Shown in pieces: positions 29,886 to 40,047 of a stretch of DNA of 64,000 bases. The position numbers were made by a program, and so were the translations under genes. The stretch comes from an uncultured Pseudomonadales bacterium (GTDB taxonomy: Bacteria > Patescibacteriota > Microgenomatia > UBA1400 > PJMF01), in contig CAZYNM010000001.1 of assembly GCA_964648715.1 (NCBI GenBank), positions 16,040 through 80,039 on the forward strand, written 5' to 3'. Position 1 is the stretch's first letter; every line of letters begins with the position of its first letter. The notes under the pieces are model-generated. The model was given only the letters and a program-made list of their open reading frames with translations. It searched no databases and was not told the DNA's origin.

Positions 29886-31808
29886 ATGGCAAATTCAGGA
29901 AAGATCATAGGTATTGACCTTGGTACCACCAACTCGGCAGTTGCTGTTATGGAAGGTGGTTCACCTAAAGTTATTCCTACCCGAGAAGGCAGAAATACTT
30001 TTCCATCAATTGTGGCATTTAAAGGTGATGATATTATTGTGGGTGACCCAGCAAAACGCCAGATGGTCATGAATCCCAAAAAAACCATCAACTCAGTCAA
30101 GCGTTTCATGGGACGCAAACTCAAGGACGACGCTGTAAAGTCAGCCATCAAACATGTGTCCTACTCTGTGGGCGAAGGCAAGCAGGGTATGGCTGTCGTG
30201 GAGATTGATGGTAAACAGTACACTCCACAGGAAATTTCCGCAAAGATCTTGGCCAAAGCCAAGCAAGATGCTGAAAGTTATTTGGGTGGAGAAGTAACTA
30301 GAGCAGTTATCACAGTTCCAGCATACTTTGATGACTCACAGCGCCAAGCGACCAAACAAGCAGGAGAGATCGCTGGTCTTACAGTAGAGCGTATTGTAAA
30401 CGAACCAACGGCGGCTGCACTAGCCTACGGTCTTGATAAAAAAGGAAATAGTACCATCGCTGTTTACGACCTAGGTGGCGGAACTTTTGATATTTCTATT
30501 TTGGAAATTGGTGAAGGTGTCTTTGAAGTTAAAGCCACCAATGGTGATACTTTTTTGGGTGGTGATGACTTTGATAACGTCATCATTGAGTGGATTCTGG
30601 CGGAGTTTAAAAAAGAAACCGGTAAAGATCTTGCTAAAGACCCACAGGCATTACAGCGTATTAAAGATGCAGCAGAAAAAGCTAAAATAGAACTTTCTAG
30701 CGCTCAAAGTACAGAAATCAATCAGCCATTCATCACGCAGGGTGATGATAGTCAACCACTCCACCTTACCTTGACACTGAGTCGTGCCAAGCTTGAAGAG
30801 TTGGTTGATGAACTTATTAAGAAAACCTTTGGTCCAGTCAAGAAAGCTATGGACGACGCCAAAGTAAAACCCAGCGATATTGCTGAAGTTGTGTTGGTGG
30901 GTGGTATGACCCGTATGCCCAAAGTGGTAGAAGAAGTTAAGAAGTTCTTTGGCAAACAGCCACATCAGGGGGTTAATCCAGACGAGGTAGTAGCTGTTGG
31001 TGCAGCAGTACAAGCAGGTGTGATTGGTGGAGATGTCAAAGATGTTGTCCTCCTTGACGTTACGCCACTTACCTTGGGTCTGGAGACTCTTGGTGGTGTA
31101 CGCACCCCGCTTATAGAGCGTAATACCACGGTTCCTACCAAGAAGTCGCAGGTGTTCTCAACTGCCGCAGATAATCAGACACAAGTTGAGATTAATGTCT
31201 TGCAAGGTGAGCGCGAAATGGCTACAGACAATCGTTCACTTGGCCGCTTTATCCTTGATGGTATTCCTCCAGCACCACGTGGGGTTCCTCAAGTTGAAGT
31301 GACCTTTGATATTGATTCAAACGGTATTTTGCATGTTACTGCCAAAGAAAAGAATACGGGTAAGGAGCAGAAGATTACGATTCAAAACTCTACTAATCTT
31401 TCCAAGGAAGAAGTTGAGAAGATGAAGGCTGAAGCTGAAAAACACGCCGAAGAAGACAAGCAAAAGCGTGAGCTTATTGAAGCAAAAAATCATGCCACCA
31501 GCGTGTCATTTGAGATTGAGAAACAACTCAAAGAATACGGTGACAAACTTGATGCCAAAGACAAAGAATCTATTGAAGAAAATGTGAAAAAGCTCAAAGA
31601 ACTGGCACAAAAAGAAGACGTCACCAAAGCAGAGCTTGATACCGCAACAGAAGAAATGTTCAAGTCTGCACAAAAAATTGGTGAAGCAATGCAGAAAGCT
31701 GGTGCAACACCAGGTGCTACTCCCTCAGGAGAGACCCCTGCTGCTGAAGCTAAAGATGCTAAGGCGGATGAAAAGAAAGATGCCGAAGAAGGCGAAGTGG
31801 TGAACTAA
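29886..31808 (+). CDS. dnaK: molecular chaperone DnaK (Hsp70)
   Basis: [36 protein letters not shown]; C-terminal acidic EEGEVVN. Confidence 0.95.
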   Translation: MANSGKIIGIDLGTTNSAVAVMEGGSPKVIPTREGRNTFPSIVAFKGDDIIVGDPAKRQMVMNPKKTINSVKRFMGRKLKDDAVKSAIKHVSYSVGEGKQGMAVVEIDGKQYTPQEISAKILAKAKQDAESYLGGEVTRAVITVPAYFDDSQRQATKQAGEIAGLTVERIVNEPTAAALAYGLDKKGNSTIAVYDLGGGTFDISILEIGEGVFEVKATNGDTFLGGDDFDNVIIEWILAEFKKETGKDLAKDPQALQRIKDAAEKAKIELSSAQSTEINQPFITQGDDSQPLHLTLTLSRAKLEELVDELIKKTFGPVKKAMDDAKVKPSDIAEVVLVGGMTRMPKVVEEVKKFFGKQPHQGVNPDEVVAVGAAVQAGVIGGDVKDVVLLDVTPLTLGLETLGGVRTPLIERNTTVPTKKSQVFSTAADNQTQVEINVLQGEREMATDNRSLGRFILDGIPPAPRGVPQVEVTFDIDSNGILHVTAKEKNTGKEQKITIQNSTNLSKEEVEKMKAEAEKHAEEDKQKRELIEAKNHATSVSFEIEKQLKEYGDKLDAKDKESIEENVKKLKELAQKEDVTKAELDTATEEMFKSAQKIGEAMQKAGATPGATPSGETPAAEAKDAKADEKKDAEEGEVVN

Positions 31809-31835
31809 TCACTGCGAAACAGTGTGATCAATGAA

Positions 31836-31867
31836 AAGCCTGGTGGGCCTGCCCATCAGGCTTTTTT
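31836..31867. terminator. hairpin plus T-run between convergent dnaK and GCS2 genes
   Basis: aagcctggtgggc-ctg-cccatcaggctt followed by TTTTTT. Confidence 0.7.
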
Positions 31868-31887
31868 GTAGGTTAAGGAGTGAAAAA

Positions 31888-33117
31888 CTACACACCAAAT
31901 AGGGTGTTGCTGTCTAGGTGTGTTGCTAGTCGTTTGTAGACCTCAACAATATCAGTGCGTGTTGGTTTAGGAGGTAGTACTCGCATGATGCGTGTTGCTA
32001 AGGTGCCCTGTTCAAGGATCGTCGCGATGGTATGCATCCACGGCTGTTCTGGCATACGCGTTTTGGTTAATTCAAGCAAGTGGTGAAGTATCTCACGGGT
32101 AGTGAAGCGGGCGCCAGAAACACCAAGTGTAGAGAGGTATTCTTGATCGGTGATTCCCGTAGCTTCCGCACTGCGCATGCACTCACGCAATACAGTACCA
32201 AGTTGTTCATGATTGAGTGCTTGTTGAGCAGCAAGCGGTGTAAAAGCTTCTTCTACAAACATTTGTACAATGGCAGTAATGAATTGACATATAGCAAGGT
32301 CTGCACGTGGGCATTCTTGTGCATCAATAAGTCTAATCTCAATGCGTCCCTCTGCAAAGTTCACTCGTGCTCCTCGTGAGTTGAGTGCTGGAGTAGACAA
32401 GACCTTGTCAGGATCAACTGGTGCAATTTGTGCATACAATGGCTCAAGTATTTTGGCGGTATATTCAGCTTCACTCCATGCCGCTTCAGGAACAATGCTC
32501 CCTGTAATGAGTGGATATTTTTCTTGATTGGTTCTGTATACTTCAAGCCGTGAATCAAGAAAACCGGTGTGCGCCCCTTCTAAGAGTGGGGTGCTTGCGG
32601 CCACTGCCGGAATAAGTGGCAAAACTAAGCGGATGGCTGCATGCAAACGAGCAAACTCAGCATCTGTGGCAAAGGAAAAATTAAGGTGTGTACTCTGTAG
32701 ATTAGCCCACCCGTGGCGATAGCAGTTGAAGAGTGTGTGGTAATGTTCATACACTTCATGCCATTGGTGTTGCCATACTACTGTTTCTTTAGTTGGATCC
32801 ATAAAAGGATGCGCACCCGTGGGGAGCAAGCATGCGTGGTGTGGTTCCAGGAGTGCATTGAGAGCTTGAACTTCACTTGCAAACTGATTTGCAAGATCAT
32901 CTAGCCCATTAACCGGGAGTGCAGGACGCACTTCAACCACATGTGCTACCAATTCGTTTGACCAATTAAGGCCAGATGGACGGTTTACCTCATCAGTCAC
33001 CGTACCGTCAGTTGTGCGCAGTACTTGGTCTGAAATAGGCAGTACCTGTAAAGTTTCTTTGTCTACAATCATGTACTCAATTTCTACACCGTATTTAGAG
33101 AAGAGTGAGTACTTCAT
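31888..33117 (-). CDS. carboxylate-amine ligase, glutamate-cysteine ligase family 2 (GCS2/YbdK-like)
   Basis: N-terminal YGVEIEYMIVD matches the GCS2 GVEEEF motif; ~400 aa. Confidence 0.6.
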   Translation of the reverse strand: MKYSLFSKYGVEIEYMIVDKETLQVLPISDQVLRTTDGTVTDEVNRPSGLNWSNELVAHVVEVRPALPVNGLDDLANQFASEVQALNALLEPHHACLLPTGAHPFMDPTKETVVWQHQWHEVYEHYHTLFNCYRHGWANLQSTHLNFSFATDAEFARLHAAIRLVLPLIPAVAASTPLLEGAHTGFLDSRLEVYRTNQEKYPLITGSIVPEAAWSEAEYTAKILEPLYAQIAPVDPDKVLSTPALNSRGARVNFAEGRIEIRLIDAQECPRADLAICQFITAIVQMFVEEAFTPLAAQQALNHEQLGTVLRECMRSAEATGITDQEYLSTLGVSGARFTTREILHHLLELTKTRMPEQPWMHTIATILEQGTLATRIMRVLPPKPTRTDIVEVYKRLATHLDSNTLFGV

Positions 33118-34607
33118 AGAGAAACTTTTTCTTGTCTACTGAGATGTGCCACGCGACGCATAAAAGAAGCAATAATAATCTCATATAGTTTTTGTTTTAG
33201 CACTTGATCTTCAACTCTATTGTCAATGTTGGGGTTATCATTGACCTCAATAACAAGCACATCATCACCAATCTCTTTCAGATCAACGCCATAGAGACCA
33301 TCGCCAATAAGCTCCGTTGCGGAAAGAGCAGCTCTAAGAACTTTTTTGGGTACATCTTCTATTGCCAGCGTCTCATGTTTGCCATCTACCGTAGTTTTAT
33401 TACCCCAATCGTAGATCTGCCAGTGATTCTTTGCCATGTAGTACTTGCACGCAAAAAGTGGTTTGCCATCGAGAACGCCAATGCGCCAATCAAAATCAGT
33501 AGGCATAAATGATTGCGCAATGATGAGATCTGACTCTTCCAGCATTTTCTCCAATTTATTCTTGAGCTCACGACGTGTTGAAACTTTGATAACTCCTTGT
33601 GAAAAAGAACTGTCAGGAAGCTTAAGCACACACGGCAGTCCCACAACCTGTTCAACTTGGTCTATAGTATGTTTATGGACGATCATAGTGGGTGGGGTCG
33701 GGATTTTTGCTTTTGCTAACAGTTCCGCCAAATATACCTTGTTTGAACAGCGCATAATAGAATCGGGGTCATCAATGACAGCAATGCCCTCGGTGAGTGC
33801 CCTACGGGCAAAACGGTACGTATAGTGATTCACCGCAGTAGTGGCACGAATGAACAATGCATCAAACTCTTCAATGCGTGAGTATTCTTGAGGACTCAGC
33901 ACTTCTACGTGGATGTGCTCATCCTCGGCGGCAGTGATGAAGTTTTTTATAGCTTGTTTATTGGAGGGAGGTGCTTTTTCTGTGGGATCAACCAAAATAG
34001 CAAGGTCAAAGATGGGGTTCTCAAGCTTGGGAAGAGCGTGCCTTTTTTTGCGAAAGTATTCATCTGCACAAGCACTCACAAAATTTCTATCTTCATCAGG
34101 GATATCGGTCACCTGAAGAGGTGAAATATTTTGTAAGATCCAGCGCTTATTAAACACAAACTGTGCTTTGAAAAGTGGTGTCTGGAAGAGACTATACAAC
34201 TCACGACTGAGCTCATCATAACTATCTGCAAAGTTTTTACCAAAATAGACAGAGAGTGTAAACTCTGTTGATTTAATACGTCGTAAACTTTTTTGAAAAA
34301 GCGAATCCAGCTCATCAGAGATGGAACGAATAATGGTGCGTGATTTGAAGTCTTGGATAGTGCTAATTTCAGGAATGACACGATGGCCGCGAGCTTCGGC
34401 TAGAAGTGATACGTAATACCCTAGGGTTTGGTACCGGTATGAACTGCATAAATTAAAAATTCGCACAGAGGAGAGCTGACTATATTTAGGATTGGTGAGG
34501 TACTCACGTGCGGAGATAACAGGGACTTGTTGAGAAAGTTGCCAGCGGTCAGGATTGTTGACCACGATGATGTTGTGCATATACGTGCTAGAGGTACAGG
34601 ACAGCAT
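33114..34607 (-). CDS. RimK-like ATP-grasp ligase with N-terminal RLAN-type domain
   Basis: C-terminal half: GLPCVLKLPDSSFSQGVIKV, DLIIAQSFMPT, GVDLKEIGDDVLVIEVNDNPNID (ATP-grasp E..N motif); ~250-aa N-terminal extension as in RLAN-ATP-grasp proteins; stop overlaps GCS2 start. Confidence 0.55.
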   Translation of the reverse strand: MLSCTSSTYMHNIIVVNNPDRWQLSQQVPVISAREYLTNPKYSQLSSVRIFNLCSSYRYQTLGYYVSLLAEARGHRVIPEISTIQDFKSRTIIRSISDELDSLFQKSLRRIKSTEFTLSVYFGKNFADSYDELSRELYSLFQTPLFKAQFVFNKRWILQNISPLQVTDIPDEDRNFVSACADEYFRKKRHALPKLENPIFDLAILVDPTEKAPPSNKQAIKNFITAAEDEHIHVEVLSPQEYSRIEEFDALFIRATTAVNHYTYRFARRALTEGIAVIDDPDSIMRCSNKVYLAELLAKAKIPTPPTMIVHKHTIDQVEQVVGLPCVLKLPDSSFSQGVIKVSTRRELKNKLEKMLEESDLIIAQSFMPTDFDWRIGVLDGKPLFACKYYMAKNHWQIYDWGNKTTVDGKHETLAIEDVPKKVLRAALSATELIGDGLYGVDLKEIGDDVLVIEVNDNPNIDNRVEDQVLKQKLYEIIIASFMRRVAHLSRQEKVSL

Positions 34608-34664
34608 TATACACTAGTTTACTGGTCTGCAAGAGTGATATCTATGGTATGCTATGACTACTAT

Positions 34665-35348
34665 ATGGAACCTACATTATCAGTTATAGTTCCTGTGTAC
34701 AATGAAGAAAAAACAGTGGCTGAAGTCTTGAAACGACTTCTCAAAGTTTCCATTGTTGATGAGATCATTGTGGTAGACGATGGCTCTCATGATGACACTG
34801 AAATAAAAGTGCGGAGTGTCAAAAGCAAGAAAATTACCTACTTCAAAAAAGACAATGGTGGAAAAGGTAGTGCTATTCAGTATGGATTAACCCAAGTAAC
34901 TGGAACTCACGTACTTATTCAAGACGCAGACCTAGAATATGATCCAGAAGACATCCCTACTTTATTTGAACCTATCCAGCGTGGTCGAGTTGAAATTGTA
35001 TATGGTTCACGTTTTTTGGGGCCACATCTCAACTTACTTTTTTGGCATCGCTTAGGTAATCACTTGCTAAATGTTGCGGTAAATATTTTGTTTAATACAA
35101 CACTGTCTGACATGGAAACATGTTACAAATTATTGCCAACAGGTGTGTTCCGTTCGCTCAATATAACCTCTAATAATTTTGATATTGAACCAGAAATCAC
35201 CTGCAAACTTTTGTTGCAAGGATACAAGATCTACGAAGTTCCTATTAGTTACATCGGGCGAGATTTTAGTGAGGGTAAGAAGATCACCTGGAGAGATGGT
35301 ATTAGTGCATTACGAACAATTATTGGTTTACGCGTAGGTATGAACTAA
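34665..35348 (+). CDS. GT2-family glycosyltransferase (GtrB/DPM-synthase-like)
   Basis: LSVIVPVYNEEKT, VVDDGSHDDT, LIQDADLEYDPEDIP motifs; the supplied ORF start (34527) overlaps the upstream gene, so start moved to ATG 34665 (ATG 34644 is an alternative). Confidence 0.65.
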   Translation: MEPTLSVIVPVYNEEKTVAEVLKRLLKVSIVDEIIVVDDGSHDDTEIKVRSVKSKKITYFKKDNGGKGSAIQYGLTQVTGTHVLIQDADLEYDPEDIPTLFEPIQRGRVEIVYGSRFLGPHLNLLFWHRLGNHLLNVAVNILFNTTLSDMETCYKLLPTGVFRSLNITSNNFDIEPEITCKLLLQGYKIYEVPISYIGRDFSEGKKITWRDGISALRTIIGLRVGMN

Positions 35349-35375
35349 CGAGTAACACACAGAAGTCAGCAACGT

Positions 35376-37715
35376 ATGCACTTTTTTCAGCAAGCAAAGG
35401 TACGAGAATGGGGTGGAATAACGCTTGTTTGTATTCTCTTGCTTTTCGCACGTTTTTATCCATTTATCTTAGGAAAAACACTGTTTTTTGGAGATAACTA
35501 TTCACTCATGGTCCCAGCTAAAGTATTTACTGCAACGGCAATTCGCGCTGGTGAAATGCCCTTTTGGAACCCGTACCTTTTTGGTGGTCTCAATTGGATT
35601 GGTGATATTAATTTTTCCACTGTTTATTTTTCAACTTTTTTCTTTGTGCTATTTGATACTGTTGCTGCATTTAATTTCACCATCGTCAGTCACTATGTAA
35701 TTACCTTTGTAGGTATGTATATACTTATGCGTACCTATCAGGACAGAATCGTTTCCTGTACGATAGCTGCATTGTGGATGTTCTCCACACAGTTTGCAGG
35801 AGCAACCAACAATCTCTCAACATTGCAATCAATGGCTTGGTTTCCATGGATTATATGGGCTGGTCTCAACGTTCATAGGACATATTTTAGGAAAATAACT
35901 TTTGGTTTGTTGGTGACACTCCAATTTTTGGCTGGATACCCACAACATGTAGTGTATGCAGTCCTTACTGTAGTTATACATAGTTTGCTTAGTAGCTCAC
36001 TTTCGTGGAAACGATGGCTGACAGGCTGGGTAGTAACGGGCATTGTTGTTGTTTCTATGGCAACCGTTGCATGGCTGCCTTTTGCCCAAGCACTCTTGCA
36101 GTCAACACGTATGGAACAAACAACAGTGCAAGCACAAACAGGATCTCTTCATCCTGTAATGATAGTAAAAGCTATTCTTTCGTATGCTTTTGATAATCCC
36201 AGCAAAGGGATAAAGTGGGGACCTGCTTGGAACGGGCAACCCAATATGGTTTGGAATATCAGTAGCATTGGGTTAGTAGTACTCATATTATCCCTGATGC
36301 AAGGAGGCCTGTGGCATAAGAAAGTGCGTGTTTTTGCAGGGATTGCACTGGTATCTCTTATCTTATCCTTTGGTGCCTATCTACCGGGGTATGAATATCT
36401 ACAAAAAGCAGTACCATTTTTGCGCATTGGTAGATACCCAAGTATGGTACTCATTGTGACACAGTTGTATCTTTTGCTGTGGCTAGGGAATGTGGTCCGT
36501 TCTGTACTGATGCCGCGCAGATTGGCGCACCTAGTTGGATGGGTGGCTGCTGTGAGCGCGTTTCTTGTTGGGCTACAGTGGCTATGGATTAAGCGTGCTC
36601 CCACGCAGTGGTGGTCAACTTTAAACGAAGTTGCTCAAGGAAGTCTCACGAAAAGTACATTCCACACACTGGCTCGTGATGTGCAGATTGCAAATATGAT
36701 TAGTGAAAATATTTTTGTTGTTGGATGTGTACTCTCACTTGGTATGTGGGCAGCATACAAAAAAAAGTTTTTTATTCTCTCTATGCTAATGATCTTTGAG
36801 TGCTGGTATAGCACGCAAGCGAACTTTCTTTTTGCTCCCTCTGAAATCTACCCATCCAGTAGAGAGCCAAGTGTGATTGTTCAGCAACAAGATGAAACAC
36901 TTTTTTCGAAACTATCAGAGACTCAGTACAGGGCACTAACAAGAGCTAGTAATAAACCATACAGTGATTTTGGCAGTTACTGGGAAGCACTGGTAGTGCG
37001 CGCCCCATTCTCTGATTCATTTGTTAACGAGAATGAATTACAAACATATACACGTCTCAAGAATCTACGTGATACATTTGCCCCCGATTGGCATCTGCGT
37101 TGGAACATTCGTTTTATTAATGGTTACACAGCGTTACTGCCCCAAGACTTTGCACATATTTGGCAGCGATCGTATGAGCAACCACGCATTAACTTTATTT
37201 CTTCGGTAGATCCTAACGATGGAGAACAACAACTACTACTCAAAAAATGGGCGGTAAAGTATTACCTGGTAGATTCTTCATATCCATTGTATGGTGAAGT
37301 ATTCACTTCACAACCAGTTGCTTCACAAGGTGCGTTACTCTTGTACGAAATTCCTGGAGCACTTCCTCGTTTTAGAGGCAGCGAACAACCTATTGAGCTC
37401 AAAGAAGTGCAAGAGAAAACATCTTCCCAAAGAGTGACTGTTGATTCCCCTCGTGCACAAGATCTCATCATTGCCGATCGGTATGATGAGCAGTGGGTGG
37501 GGAAAGTAAATGGAAGACCACAGCAAATTCATCTTAAAGACGGCATGCGAAGTATAGAGATTCCAGCCGGAAGTAGCACCGTTGAGTTGTCATTTGTGCC
37601 AGTCTGGTTTTATCGTGGCATATGGATCACTATGCTTAGTAGCATGGTTTGGTTAGTTGTGGGGGTGATTAGCACTCAGAAGTGGATAGTGCTTAACAGA
37701 ATGTTGGGTAAGTGA
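35376..37715 (+). CDS. large polytopic membrane protein, probable GT-C fold glycosyltransferase (YfhO/ArnT-like)
   Basis: 779 aa; ~12-14 predicted TM helices in the N-terminal 480 aa, then a ~280-aa soluble domain and a C-terminal TM; sits directly after a GtrB-like GT2. Confidence 0.4.
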   Translation: MHFFQQAKVREWGGITLVCILLLFARFYPFILGKTLFFGDNYSLMVPAKVFTATAIRAGEMPFWNPYLFGGLNWIGDINFSTVYFSTFFFVLFDTVAAFNFTIVSHYVITFVGMYILMRTYQDRIVSCTIAALWMFSTQFAGATNNLSTLQSMAWFPWIIWAGLNVHRTYFRKITFGLLVTLQFLAGYPQHVVYAVLTVVIHSLLSSSLSWKRWLTGWVVTGIVVVSMATVAWLPFAQALLQSTRMEQTTVQAQTGSLHPVMIVKAILSYAFDNPSKGIKWGPAWNGQPNMVWNISSIGLVVLILSLMQGGLWHKKVRVFAGIALVSLILSFGAYLPGYEYLQKAVPFLRIGRYPSMVLIVTQLYLLLWLGNVVRSVLMPRRLAHLVGWVAAVSAFLVGLQWLWIKRAPTQWWSTLNEVAQGSLTKSTFHTLARDVQIANMISENIFVVGCVLSLGMWAAYKKKFFILSMLMIFECWYSTQANFLFAPSEIYPSSREPSVIVQQQDETLFSKLSETQYRALTRASNKPYSDFGSYWEALVVRAPFSDSFVNENELQTYTRLKNLRDTFAPDWHLRWNIRFINGYTALLPQDFAHIWQRSYEQPRINFISSVDPNDGEQQLLLKKWAVKYYLVDSSYPLYGEVFTSQPVASQGALLLYEIPGALPRFRGSEQPIELKEVQEKTSSQRVTVDSPRAQDLIIADRYDEQWVGKVNGRPQQIHLKDGMRSIEIPAGSSTVELSFVPVWFYRGIWITMLSSMVWLVVGVISTQKWIVLNRMLGK

Positions 37716-37736
37716 TACAATTTTCTTTCATCAGCT

Positions 37737-38603
37737 ATGGCAACACAACGAGATTACTACGAAGTTTTGGGAGTTAAAAAAGGTGCTTCAGAAGCAGACC
37801 TGAAGGCGGCCTATCGTAAAATGGCACTTAAGTGGCACCCCGATAGAAACGCAGATAATAAAGCAGAAGCAGAACAGAAGTTTAAAGAAATCAACGAAGC
37901 CTACCAAGTGCTATCTGATCCTCAGAAAAAACAGATGTATGACCAGTTTGGTCATGCTGCCTTTGACCCTGCCAGTGGTATGGGAGGCAATCCATTTGCT
38001 GGTGGCACACGCCAAGGCCCATTTACGTACACCTACACAACTGGTGGTAACAATCCGTTTGGTGGTTTTGATGGTGGTGATCCATTTGAGATCTTTGAGC
38101 AGTTCTTTGGCGGTGGCTTTGGTGGTTTCTCGCAAGCTGCTCGTCGTCCACGCTATTCCTTGACTATTGATTTCATGGAGGCAGTGAAGGGTACGGTGAA
38201 AGAAGTGCAAATAGAGGGTAAGAAACGAAGTATCAAAATTCCTCCTGGTGCAGATGATGGTACGCGCATCCGCTTTGATGAGTTTGATATTACATTATCT
38301 GTGCGCTCTCATGAGCGTTTTAAGCGTGAAGGTACAGATTTGTATGTAGACCACACCATCTCATTTTCGATGGCAGCACTGGGTGGCGTTACCAACCTCG
38401 ATACACTAGAACAGACGTTGCAACTCAAGATCCGCCCAGGAACAGCCTCACACACACTTGTGCGTCTGCGGGGAGAAGGTGTCCCACACATGCGAGGGAG
38501 TGGCAAAGGTGATCTGTACGTGCGACTTTTAGTAACCGTTCCTGAAAAACTGACTACAGCTCAAAAAAAGGCTCTGAAGGCTCTTGAAGAAGCTGGGCTG
38601 TAG
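37737..38603 (+). CDS. DnaJ-like co-chaperone (J domain plus G/F region plus C-terminal domains, no zinc finger)
   Basis: [33 protein letters not shown] (HPD motif); Gly/Phe-rich linker; no CxxCxGxG repeats. Confidence 0.75.
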   Translation: MATQRDYYEVLGVKKGASEADLKAAYRKMALKWHPDRNADNKAEAEQKFKEINEAYQVLSDPQKKQMYDQFGHAAFDPASGMGGNPFAGGTRQGPFTYTYTTGGNNPFGGFDGGDPFEIFEQFFGGGFGGFSQAARRPRYSLTIDFMEAVKGTVKEVQIEGKKRSIKIPPGADDGTRIRFDEFDITLSVRSHERFKREGTDLYVDHTISFSMAALGGVTNLDTLEQTLQLKIRPGTASHTLVRLRGEGVPHMRGSGKGDLYVRLLVTVPEKLTTAQKKALKALEEAGL

Positions 38604-38746
38604 ATGGTCTTGAGTCGTTTCACTTTACTTCTGCCTTATTTTTTTGTATAATGCTTTTACTGTTGATAGGAGGAAGGGCACGGTAAAACGGGAGCCCTTT
38701 TTTATTACAACACGAAAGTAATGGTACTTATTTAATAAATAAAATT

Positions 38747-40024
38747 ATGCAAGATTCAAAAATTGTTCGTACAGACTTTGCTGCAGCAATTACCCAGATT
38801 GCTAACGAGCGGAAAATACCAGTTGATGCTATTTTTGAGGCTATCAAACTTGCCCTCGTGTCTGCGTTTCGCAAGCAATTTGGACCACTCCCTGAAGATA
38901 TGCACTACTATGCAACGCTCAACGAAGAAAGTGGTGAATCAGCTATTTTTAAAGCACCAATCATAGAAAAAAATGAAGAAACTGGCGAAGCAATTTCTTG
39001 GAATGAGAAGAAGAGTGAAGATGTCACTCCAGCAGGATTTGGTCGTATTGCGGCTCAAACTGCAAAGCAAGTTATCTTACAAAAGATTAGAGAATCAGAA
39101 AAAGATCAAGTTATTCTCGAGTTCAGTGGCAAGCTTGGTGAAGTTGTGACTGCGCAGATATTACGTATGGATGGCAGAACCGTTATTCTTGACATCGGTC
39201 GTGGGCAGGGCTATATGCCTCCCGAGGAACAGATGCGTGGTGAGTTTTATCGCATGAATAACCGCATCACTGTTTTCATCAAAGAGATCCGTGAAACACA
39301 CAAGGGTAAAAACGTGATTGTGTCACGTGCGGACAAGATGCTTGTTGCTAAGCTGTTTGAACGCGAAGTTCCAGAAGTTGCCTCTGGTGCAGTGCAAATT
39401 GCTATGATTGCTCGTGAGGCAGGTGTTCGTACCAAGCTGGCAGTTCGTTCAACCCAAGAGGGTGTAGACCCAGTGGGTGCGTGTGTAGGACAGCGTGGTG
39501 TTCGTGTGCAAGAAGTGATTCGTGAACTCAACAACGAAAAATTAGATATTATCCCGTACACCGAAGACGTGCACGCCCTGATTAAAGCTGCGTTAGCTCC
39601 TGCTGAGAACTTGTCAGTGACCATTGATACTGAAAATCGTTCTGCAGTGATTACAGCTCCCGATGATCAACTCAGTCTTGCGGTAGGTCGTGGTGGCCAG
39701 AATGTTCGTCTCGCTGCCAAGCTAGTGAATATGCATTTGACCGTGAAATCAACAGCTGGTCAAGCAACCACCGCTACACCAAAGGAAGAATATGAGATTG
39801 ACACGTTCCCTGGCATAACCTCCGATACTCGTCAGCTTTTGGTTGAACATAAACTCACGACACTCGGTGACTTATCACGTTTCAAAGACAAATGGCATGG
39901 ATTTGAGCTCCCCAGTGATCAGGTAGCTATCCTTGACACCAGAGTAGCAGCATTCGATGCTGAGATGGCTGCTTATGAACCTATTCGATTGCAAAAAAAG
40001 ATGCAGAGACAAGCTGCTGAATAA
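38747..40024 (+). CDS. nusA: transcription termination/antitermination factor NusA
   Basis: N-terminal domain, S1 (GEVVTAQILRMDGRTVILDIGRGQG) and KH domains (VGACVGQRGVRVQ...). Confidence 0.85.
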   Translation: MQDSKIVRTDFAAAITQIANERKIPVDAIFEAIKLALVSAFRKQFGPLPEDMHYYATLNEESGESAIFKAPIIEKNEETGEAISWNEKKSEDVTPAGFGRIAAQTAKQVILQKIRESEKDQVILEFSGKLGEVVTAQILRMDGRTVILDIGRGQGYMPPEEQMRGEFYRMNNRITVFIKEIRETHKGKNVIVSRADKMLVAKLFEREVPEVASGAVQIAMIAREAGVRTKLAVRSTQEGVDPVGACVGQRGVRVQEVIRELNNEKLDIIPYTEDVHALIKAALAPAENLSVTIDTENRSAVITAPDDQLSLAVGRGGQNVRLAAKLVNMHLTVKSTAGQATTATPKEEYEIDTFPGITSDTRQLLVEHKLTTLGDLSRFKDKWHGFELPSDQVAILDTRVAAFDAEMAAYEPIRLQKKMQRQAAE

Positions 40025-40047
40025 TAAAGGATGAGGAAAAGCCACGT

